From Gammaproteobacteria bacterium (GTDB lineage Bacteria; Pseudomonadota; Gammaproteobacteria; Pseudomonadales; Azotimanducaceae): a stretch of 64,000 bases of DNA. Position 1 is the first letter of the stretch, and every line of letters begins with the position of its first letter. Both the position numbers and the translations under genes were made by a program. The stretch covers positions 7,398 to 71,397 of the forward strand of contig JAPPGK010000117.1 in assembly GCA_028821405.1 (NCBI GenBank), written 5' to 3'. Below, in pieces: positions 57,402 to 64,000 of this stretch. Below the pieces are notes generated by a model. That model had not been told where the DNA came from. It did not search any database and saw only the letters and a program-made list of their open reading frames with translations.

Positions 57402-57427
57402 TCCATTCGCTCTTCGGCGGAGTCGAA

Positions 57428-57814
57428 ATGAAATCCCGAAGAAAACTTGCACGGCGTGAGCAGGAGGCGTTGGAGGCGCTGCACCGCCTCGCTCCCTGTA
57501 CCGCGGCGATACTCCAAGGCGAGATTGGCGGTACCTATTCGGGCACGCGCGCGGTGCTCTCTCGCCTGGTGGCCAAAGGGTTGGCGAGCCACCGCTACGA
57601 CGGACCGCGCTATGTCTACGAACCGGTCCAGGATTCGTCGTCCGCTGGCAGGTACGCGCTGCGCGAGGTCGTGGACACGTTCTTCAAGGGCAGCAACATG
57701 GAGGCGCTCGGTGCGCTTCTGGGGATGTCCAAGGAGGTTGTCGACGAGGCCGAGCTGAAAGAGCTCGAAGCGATGCTCGCGTCCATTCGGGGACGGTCGG
57801 ACACCGATGCTTGA
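57428..57814 (+). CDS. BlaI/MecI/CopY-family winged-helix transcriptional repressor
   Basis: 128 aa from ATG 57428. EQEALEALHRLAPCTAAILQGEIGG...SGTRAVLSRLVAKGLASHRYDGPRYVYEP fits the penicillinase-repressor fold pattern. Overlaps the downstream M56 gene by 8 nt. Confidence 0.82.
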   Translation: MKSRRKLARREQEALEALHRLAPCTAAILQGEIGGTYSGTRAVLSRLVAKGLASHRYDGPRYVYEPVQDSSSAGRYALREVVDTFFKGSNMEALGALLGMSKEVVDEAELKELEAMLASIRGRSDTDA

Positions 57815-59498
57815 GAGCGTCGTCGCGTTCCTGGTCAAGTCGACGGTCGTACTCGCCTTGGGCCTGTGGGCCTGTTCCCTGAAGCGCCTTTCCGCGGCAG
57901 AACGCCACGCGGTGGCGGGAACCGGGTTGGTCGCCGTGGCGGTCCTCGCGGTGCTGGCGTGTCTCACGGAACAGCCTCGGATTCCTGCGTGGACGTTCGT
58001 ATTGCCCGTGGAGAACGTCGGTCTCGGTCCTGTATCAGCGCCACCGCCGATGCCGGATGCGGTGAAACAGGCCGATCCCGCTACCGCAGCGATGGCGGTG
58101 CCGCCGGAGATTCCCGCAAGGGCTGGCAACTGGTGGGTCTTGGGATTGGGGATCTACGCGGCGACCGTTGTTGCCCTGGGCGTCTCGATGCTGGCCGGTC
58201 GACGGCGCGTGGCGAACTACGTTCGACAGTTGCCCGTATGGCCCGGGCCCGCCCTCGTGCCGGACCATGTCGATGTGCGCGTCGACGGGCTCGGCACCCC
58301 CTGGACGTGGGGGCATCGGCACCCGGTCATGGTGCTGCCCGTTGACTTCGAGACGTGGCCCCGCGAGCGCCGGCAAGCCGTGCTCGCGCATGAACTGAGC
58401 CACATCCAACGCCGAGATTGCCTGACCGATGGCATATCCCGATGGCTGTGCAACGTATTCTGGTTCCACCCGATGATGTGGATGCTGTGGTCGCGCCAGC
58501 GAAGGTACGCCGAGGAAGCCTGCGACGACGCGGCGCTCGCGACGGGCACCGACCCCTGCGAGTATGCCGCAGCCCTGCTGGCGGTGGCGCGCCGCAACCG
58601 GGACGCGAAGCCGATGGGGCTCTCGGTCAGCCGCAGTGACCTGTCCAACCGGTTACGGTCGATACTCCTTTCGGGAGCGAGGCGTACCCGGATGACATCC
58701 GCCAAGCGCTGTTTGTTGATCGTGTCGGCAACGGCACTCGTACTACCGATCGGCGCGAGCACCGTCGCCACGACGGGCATCGGGGATTCGGATCTACATG
58801 GCGGGCCCCAGTCGATCCGCGAGCTCCGCCGCGAGATCATTGTCGTTCTCCGATACCCGCGGCTTCATGGTCCGACCGTTGAAGACGCGGAGGAAATCGC
58901 CAAACAGGTAGCCAACGTCACGCACGCCTCGCCGTACTACTCATCCCACATTAGCGTCTTTGTCGCTCGGAACGGGGATCGGGAAGCCCCAATGGTCGTC
59001 ATTGCCCAGGAGGATCTGAGTCCAAGGGCCGAAACGTCGGCCGGAGCGGTGTGGCCACTCGAAGAAGGCCACCGCCTCTCGGCGAGCGACGACCTCAACG
59101 GCGAGCGGGTGGCGGTGATCGGTGGTCCCATACGCGATGCGCTGTTCGGACACGGCGCGAACGCCATTGGCGAGGAAGTCGTCATCGGTGGTGAACCGTT
59201 TCGAGTCAAGGGTGTGCTGGCGCCCCACCCGCCGTTCGTGAATGTCGATACACCGTATCCCGAACACATGGCGAGCGCCTTGGCGAAGCGCGTGTACGTG
59301 CCTTTTGGGCTCGGCGTCAAGCTGTTCTTCGAGGGCAGGCGTCCTAGCTACCTTCGGGTGGCCGTCGACGATCAGCAACGTATCCACGAGACGGCTGCCG
59401 AGATCCGCGAACTGCTCGAAGGCCGCTATGGCCATGCCGCCGGCGTGTTGACGGAAACGCTGACCATGCCACCGCCGGACTCAACGCGAAGCAGTTGA
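57807..59498 (+). CDS. BlaR1-like M56 zinc-metalloprotease signal transducer with a C-terminal MacB-type periplasmic core domain
   Basis: 563 aa. N-terminal TMs, HELSH (HExxH) within AVLAHELSHIQRRDC, a further TM (CLLIVSATALVLPIG), then about 230 aa with VAVIGGPIRDALFGHGANAIGEEVVIGGEPFRVKGVLAPHPP. This closely parallels the periplasmic domains of the three MacB paralogs in the window. Confidence 0.85.
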   Translation: MLESVVAFLVKSTVVLALGLWACSLKRLSAAERHAVAGTGLVAVAVLAVLACLTEQPRIPAWTFVLPVENVGLGPVSAPPPMPDAVKQADPATAAMAVPPEIPARAGNWWVLGLGIYAATVVALGVSMLAGRRRVANYVRQLPVWPGPALVPDHVDVRVDGLGTPWTWGHRHPVMVLPVDFETWPRERRQAVLAHELSHIQRRDCLTDGISRWLCNVFWFHPMMWMLWSRQRRYAEEACDDAALATGTDPCEYAAALLAVARRNRDAKPMGLSVSRSDLSNRLRSILLSGARRTRMTSAKRCLLIVSATALVLPIGASTVATTGIGDSDLHGGPQSIRELRREIIVVLRYPRLHGPTVEDAEEIAKQVANVTHASPYYSSHISVFVARNGDREAPMVVIAQEDLSPRAETSAGAVWPLEEGHRLSASDDLNGERVAVIGGPIRDALFGHGANAIGEEVVIGGEPFRVKGVLAPHPPFVNVDTPYPEHMASALAKRVYVPFGLGVKLFFEGRRPSYLRVAVDDQQRIHETAAEIRELLEGRYGHAAGVLTETLTMPPPDSTRSS

Positions 59499-59599
59499 CC
59501 GATCTCGCCTCGGAAGCGACATGCCTAGCGTGCAACGCTAACCTATTGCGTCGGGAATATGGATTGGATGCGTGACACAGCACCACGGGGATTGATCAC

Positions 59600-61597
59600 G
59601 TGGCCGCCGCCGAACCGCCGCTGATCGAACTTGCCGGTGTCGGCCGGGTGTACCGCCGTGCGGGAGCGCGGGGTCGGGGGGTCGCCACCCGGGCGCTGTC
59701 CGACGTGTCGCTGCGCATCGAACGTGGCGAGTTCGTCGCCGTCATGGGCCCTTCGGGGTCCGGCAAGTCGACGCTCATGAACATCCTCGGCTGCCTCGAC
59801 CGGCCGACCGTGGGGGCGTACCGGTTCCGGGGCCGGGATGTCGGCCGGTTGCGCGCGGACGAACTGGCTGCGCTGCGCCGGGAGTCGTTCGGCTTCGTAT
59901 TCCAGTCCTACAACCTGATCGGCTCGGCGACGGCGCGGGAGAACGTCGAACTGCCGGCGGCCTATGCCGGCCTCCGGCGCATGCATCGCGCGGATCGGGC
60001 GGAACGGCTGCTCGGCGCTTTCGGCCTAGGCGCCCGCCTCAGGCACCAGCCGCGGGCGATGTCCGGCGGCGAGCAGCAGCGCGTGGCCATCGCCCGGGCG
60101 CTGATGAACGGCGGCCGGGTGATCCTCGCGGACGAGCCGACAGGCGCGCTCGACTCGAAGAACGGGGAGGACGTGCTGGGCGTTCTCGCCGATCTGGCCG
60201 CGAGCGGCCACACCGTCGTCGTCATCACCCACGACCCCGAGGTTGCGGCCTGGGCGGAACGCCGCATCGAGTTGCTGGATGGACGCGTGGTCGCCGACCG
60301 GAAGACGCCCGTCCGTCAGCGGACCGGGGCGGGAGGCAGGATCGTACGCGGCGAAGGCATACCGGCGGCCAGCGCGGGTCAGCCGTCGTCGCTCGCCAGC
60401 GCCGCGGAGTGGCTTCAGAGCACGTTCGCCTCGCTGCGGGCCAACCTGCTGCGCGGCAGCCGGCTGCGTACCGCGCTGACAGTGCTCAGCGTAACGGTCG
60501 GGGTGTGGTCGGTGGTGGCAATGCTGAGCGTTGTGCAGGGCGGCTACCAGGCGGGCGTGGACGCGGTCAGCCGGGCCGGTGCCGATGCGATGTCGATCCG
60601 CCCCGGTGTGCCGTTCACGGATCGTCGATCGACGCCGGTTCGGCTCACCGTGGCCGACGCCGAGGCGATTGCCGGATTGGACAACGTACGCGGCGTGCTG
60701 CCCAATCTCATCGGCCAGGGGACATTGCGCCGAGGCGACCGGCAGACCGAGGCCACCGTGAGCGCCACCACCCCGGACGAGCTCGCGATCCACGGCTGGA
60801 CGCTGGCGCGCGGCGTATTCCTCTCCGAACGCGACAGCATTGGCAATGAACCCGTGGTCGTCATCGGCGCGGGAATCCGGGACGAACTGTTCCCGACCGA
60901 CGCCGCCGTCGACGAACCCATCCTTATCGACGGAACGCCTTTTCTGGTCAAGGGCGTGCTAATGCGATTCGCGAGGCGTGGCAGCGTCGCTGTGGACTAT
61001 CGCGACAGAAAGGTCCTGGTGCCGCTCGGCACCGCCCAAGCGCTGCTCTTCGGTCGCAAGCACCTCGACTCCATCACGGTCTACGCGACCGATCCCAAAA
61101 GGCTCGGCGAGACTGCGCGCGCGGTGGACGACCTGCTCGCCCGCCGCCACGGCCACCGCGGATTCATGATGGACACCGACATCGGACTGCGGATCGGGTT
61201 CACGACGGTGGAGCGGCTGCTGTCGGCGCTGATCGGCGCCGTGGGTGCCATCTCGCTGTTCGTGGGCGGCATGGGGGTGACCTCGGTGATGCTGGTGTCG
61301 GTCGCCGAGCGCACCCGCGAAATCGGTATCCGCATGGCGACCGGGGCCCGGCGGCGTGACATCCTGCGCCAGTTCCTGCTGGAGGCGGTGGCAGTCACCT
61401 TCGCGGGCGGCGTGCTCGGGACCGTGTTGGGATTCGCGAGCCGGTTCGTGTTCGAGGCCTTCAACGTGCCGGCGGGCCTATCGCCTTGGTTCGTGTTCGC
61501 GGCCCTAGGTTGCGCCGTGGCTACGGGACTCGCTGCGGGCATCGTGCCCGCCCGCCGGGCAGCGGGGCTCGACCCGGTGGCTGCGTTGGCGCGTTAG
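59600..61597 (+). CDS. macB: MacB-type fused ABC ATPase-permease, paralog 3
   Basis: 665 aa, GTG start. GPSGSGKSTLM, MSGGEQQRVAIARA and ILADEPTGALD. Periplasmic core (VVVIGAGIRDELFPTDAAVDEPILIDGTPFLVKGVL) and FtsX (TREIGIRMATGARRRDI). Confidence 0.92.
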   Translation: MAAAEPPLIELAGVGRVYRRAGARGRGVATRALSDVSLRIERGEFVAVMGPSGSGKSTLMNILGCLDRPTVGAYRFRGRDVGRLRADELAALRRESFGFVFQSYNLIGSATARENVELPAAYAGLRRMHRADRAERLLGAFGLGARLRHQPRAMSGGEQQRVAIARALMNGGRVILADEPTGALDSKNGEDVLGVLADLAASGHTVVVITHDPEVAAWAERRIELLDGRVVADRKTPVRQRTGAGGRIVRGEGIPAASAGQPSSLASAAEWLQSTFASLRANLLRGSRLRTALTVLSVTVGVWSVVAMLSVVQGGYQAGVDAVSRAGADAMSIRPGVPFTDRRSTPVRLTVADAEAIAGLDNVRGVLPNLIGQGTLRRGDRQTEATVSATTPDELAIHGWTLARGVFLSERDSIGNEPVVVIGAGIRDELFPTDAAVDEPILIDGTPFLVKGVLMRFARRGSVAVDYRDRKVLVPLGTAQALLFGRKHLDSITVYATDPKRLGETARAVDDLLARRHGHRGFMMDTDIGLRIGFTTVERLLSALIGAVGAISLFVGGMGVTSVMLVSVAERTREIGIRMATGARRRDILRQFLLEAVAVTFAGGVLGTVLGFASRFVFEAFNVPAGLSPWFVFAALGCAVATGLAAGIVPARRAAGLDPVAALAR

Positions 61598-61736
61598 GGT
61601 CGCCCATTCCATGAAACATCCGCCAAGGGGAACGTAGTGACCCGCGGCGAGTGTTCCATGAACGACGGCGCGGCCGGGCCGGAGGCGGCGCGACCGGGCG
61701 CACTGCGAAGCGAAGCGCCAAGGACTCTTTGCGGCG

Positions 61737-62855
61737 CTACGGGAGGGTTCTCAGGAAATCCAGTGCGGGCATGGCCCTGATGCCTTCGCGAGTTACAAAG
61801 TCGCGTTCCCCATACAGGGCGATCTGCCGGGCATCCGCGCCAGGAAAGCGGGCCTTTAGATACCGCAGGCCGCGATCAATGTCGCGATCCGAGAGCTTGC
61901 ACTCGACCAGCATCAGTGGGCGGCGGTTCTCCAGAACCACGAAATCGACCTCGCGACCATCGATGTCGCGGAAGAAGCGAAGTTCGAGATCGCGCCCCTG
62001 TGTGTCCTGCTCATAGTGGACCCATTTCAGCAAGTGGCACGCAAGAAGATTCTCGAATCGAGCACCCGGGGCGGCAACTAGCGACCAATCGAAGTGGTAG
62101 TGCTTGCGTTCCTGCTTCACCGCCCGGATGCGTGGCGCCCCGAAAGGCGGAAGCCGAAAGAGGGCGAACAGGCGTTCTAACGTGTCGAGCCACGAGGCGA
62201 CGGTCTTGTGCGCCACCTGCAGATCCTCGCGCAGCGCGTTTATGGACAACGGCGAGCCGACGAGGTCGGGTAGCCGGAGCATCATTTCCTCCAACCGCCC
62301 AAGATCGCGAATGCTGGTCGTACCCGTCACATCCTCCTCGATCAGACGCGTTCGGTTCTGTCGCGACCAGCGCCGCGCTTCGACCTCGTTGCCGCCCAGG
62401 TACGGCTCGGGGAACCCGCCGAGACGCAGTAGATCAGCCAGACCCTCGGCATCCTCGACGCCGGCCTCGGCCACGGAAAAAGGATGCAGGCGAAGCAGGT
62501 GGTAGCGGCCCTGGAGCGAGTCACCACCGAACGAGAAGAGTTCCAGCCTGCCGCTACCGGTCACCAATATCCGCTGACCTTCCTGTCTCGAATCGTATAG
62601 ACCCTTTAAGTAGTTACGCCACGGTCGGTACTTGTGGAGTTCGTCGAAGACCCAAAACCCGGTTGCGGGCAACTCCCGGCGCAGGATGCGTTCCCGGTCG
62701 GCGGCCACATCCCAGTTCAGGTATCCGGCGCGCGCGTCCGGCAAGTCGAGCGCCAGTGTCGTCTTGCCGACCTGCCGCGGCCCGGTAACGAACACCATCT
62801 TCGTCGCCAAGTCGTCTTGAACTTGGGATGCCAGGTATCGGGTCGAGACAGCCAC
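61737..62855 (-). CDS. AAA ATPase with DUF4143 domain (AAA_14 family), paralog 2
   Basis: VFVTGPRQVGKTTLA, FWVFDELHKY, GRYHLLRLHPFS and GGFPEPYL. By alignment to the paralog at 32684..33931, the start is probably GTG 62855. The track ORF starts at TTG 62891. Confidence 0.85.
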   Translation of the reverse strand: MAVSTRYLASQVQDDLATKMVFVTGPRQVGKTTLALDLPDARAGYLNWDVAADRERILRRELPATGFWVFDELHKYRPWRNYLKGLYDSRQEGQRILVTGSGRLELFSFGGDSLQGRYHLLRLHPFSVAEAGVEDAEGLADLLRLGGFPEPYLGGNEVEARRWSRQNRTRLIEEDVTGTTSIRDLGRLEEMMLRLPDLVGSPLSINALREDLQVAHKTVASWLDTLERLFALFRLPPFGAPRIRAVKQERKHYHFDWSLVAAPGARFENLLACHLLKWVHYEQDTQGRDLELRFFRDIDGREVDFVVLENRRPLMLVECKLSDRDIDRGLRYLKARFPGADARQIALYGERDFVTREGIRAMPALDFLRTLP

Positions 62856-62886
62856 GCAGTGAACGTTACGAGTATTTTGAATGAGT

Positions 62887-62914
62887 GTCAAAAATACTCG
62901 CGTGTATTTTTGAC
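62887..62914. promoter_or_regulatory. AT-rich perfect inverted repeat upstream of the second DUF4143 ATPase gene
   Basis: GTCAAAAATAC-tcgcgt-GTATTTTTGAC with 11-bp perfect arms. Flanked by AATACTCGCGTG / AATACACTCGCGTG direct repeats, in the divergent intergenic region shared with the SDR gene. Confidence 0.55.
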
Positions 62915-62961
62915 CCCACTACAATACACTCGCGTGGTTCGACTCGAGGAGGGATGACGCC

Positions 62962-63738
62962 GTGCCAGCACAAGGTAGGGCCGGGAACGGGGAAACCGCG
63001 CTGATCGTCGGGGGCGGTCCCGGCATCAGCGCAAGCTGCGCGCGTTTGTTCACCAGGGTCGGCATGCGCGCGGCAATGGCGGCGCGCACACCGGACAAGC
63101 CCGTGCTCGTCGACTTGGCAGCGCGGTTCGGCGTGAGGAACTACACCTGCGATGCTTCCGATCCCGTCGCGGTCAGGCGTTTGTTCGAGTCGGTTACAGC
63201 GGAACTCGGCAGCCCGACGCTCGTGGTGCACAACATCGACGGAAGGATGGGGGGCATCTTCCGCAAGGGCATCACCGAGGCGGATCCGGACCTGGTTCGC
63301 GACACCGTGATGAACTCGGCCTACAGCGCCTTTCTCGTCGCGCAGCAAGCGGCGCGACAGATGCTCGACGGACCGCCGGACGCCGCCAACGCGGGGCATC
63401 GGGGCACGATCATCTTCACCAACGCCAGCGCCGCGATGAAGGGCTATCCCCGAAGCGGCGCCTTCGCGATGGCTTGCCAGGCCAAGGCGGGACTCGCGCA
63501 AAGCATGGCGCGGGAACTCATGGGACAAGGCATCCACGTCGCCCAGGTGCCGATCGACGCCGCCATCGGGTGGACGCAGCCGGATGGCACCCGGGCCCAC
63601 CGCATGGCCGGCACCACCGTCGACGACAACATGGCCGATCCCGACCGCATCGCCGAAACCTACCTGCAACTGCATCGGCAGCACCGTTCGACCTGGGCGT
63701 TCGAGGTCGTGCTGCGCCCTTGGGTGGAGAACTGGTAG
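62962..63738 (+). CDS. Short-chain dehydrogenase/reductase (SDR) family oxidoreductase
   Basis: 258 aa, GTG start. Cofactor-binding motif ALIVGGGPGISAS, NASAAMKGYPRSGAFAMACQAKAG (YxxxK-like region, with Y replaced in context), and an overall Rossmann pattern. Confidence 0.8.
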   Translation: MPAQGRAGNGETALIVGGGPGISASCARLFTRVGMRAAMAARTPDKPVLVDLAARFGVRNYTCDASDPVAVRRLFESVTAELGSPTLVVHNIDGRMGGIFRKGITEADPDLVRDTVMNSAYSAFLVAQQAARQMLDGPPDAANAGHRGTIIFTNASAAMKGYPRSGAFAMACQAKAGLAQSMARELMGQGIHVAQVPIDAAIGWTQPDGTRAHRMAGTTVDDNMADPDRIAETYLQLHRQHRSTWAFEVVLRPWVENW

Positions 63739-64000
63739 CGCCCGGCCGCGAACGTGCAAGGATCAAACGGGACCGTAGGGGACGCGCTTGTCTCGTCCCG
63801 CTGCCGAGGCTTCGGCGTCTCCCGCGCGGGCGAGCGCAAGGGTCGCCTACGATCTGGTCGTGCAATTGAGCGAAGGCGCGTCGTTGCCGACGCCCTCGGC
63901 CCGGGTTGGGAGCCCTACCGGCGATGGTCAGCCCCAGGTCAACGCCCCCGTGCTCTGACCGAAGGACTCCGCTGCGACGCCCACCGAGCGCAGCATCGTC

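Noticed and set aside
63739-64000. Possible partial genes at the right edge: a short minus-strand C-terminus ...AAESFGQSTGALTWG* and a plus-strand small ORF.
   Set aside because: Fewer than 30 codons are visible and there are no motifs, so this cannot be supported.

Overview
High-GC (roughly 65-67% by eye) chromosomal segment of a Gram-negative bacterium, densely coding on both strands. I recognised no rRNA, tRNA, CRISPR array, transposase or integrase.

Gene content, left to right:
- A form II CoxL/CoxS/CoxG-type molybdoenzyme, with coxL cut by the window edge.
- A GPH/MFS symporter.
- A hipBA toxin-antitoxin pair with a paired operator.
- A ~12 kb cluster of MacB/FtsX-type ABC exporter genes. 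A sigma54 promoter precedes HlyD adaptor + ATPase + two ADOP-type duplicated permeases. These converge on two FtsX permease ORFs plus a fused MacB.
- A sigma54-dependent two-component system and a LOG gene.
- An Oar-like TonB-dependent receptor.
- A PotABCD-like importer.
- A PQQ dehydrogenase.
- A DUF4143 AAA ATPase with a mazF relic.
- Cytochrome c, KTSC, nitroreductase, GltS-like FMN protein and a DUF385 reductase.
- A ~1.9 kb low-GC (40-50%) four-gene cassette: an XRE regulator plus three orphan proteins.
- pntAB transhydrogenase.
- Amidohydrolase + TRAP transporter + MaoC hotdog.
- A repeat-rich coiled-coil membrane protein.
- A decayed sugar-ABC operon with a LacI fragment.
- GDPD, DUF1428, adenosine deaminase and VOC genes.
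- A Uma2 endonuclease with a heptad-repeat tail.
- A second MacB locus: two fused MacB genes flank a BlaI/BlaR1 pair.
- A second DUF4143 ATPase and an SDR.

Best candidates for new biology:
1. The low-GC XRE-led four-gene cassette at 37.4-39.3 kb.
2. The BlaI/BlaR1 module whose BlaR1 sensor domain is a MacB-type periplasmic core domain.
3. The sigma54-driven exporter cluster, including two FtsX ORFs separated only by an in-frame TAG.

All functional calls come from reading the translated ORFs by eye. No database search was run.
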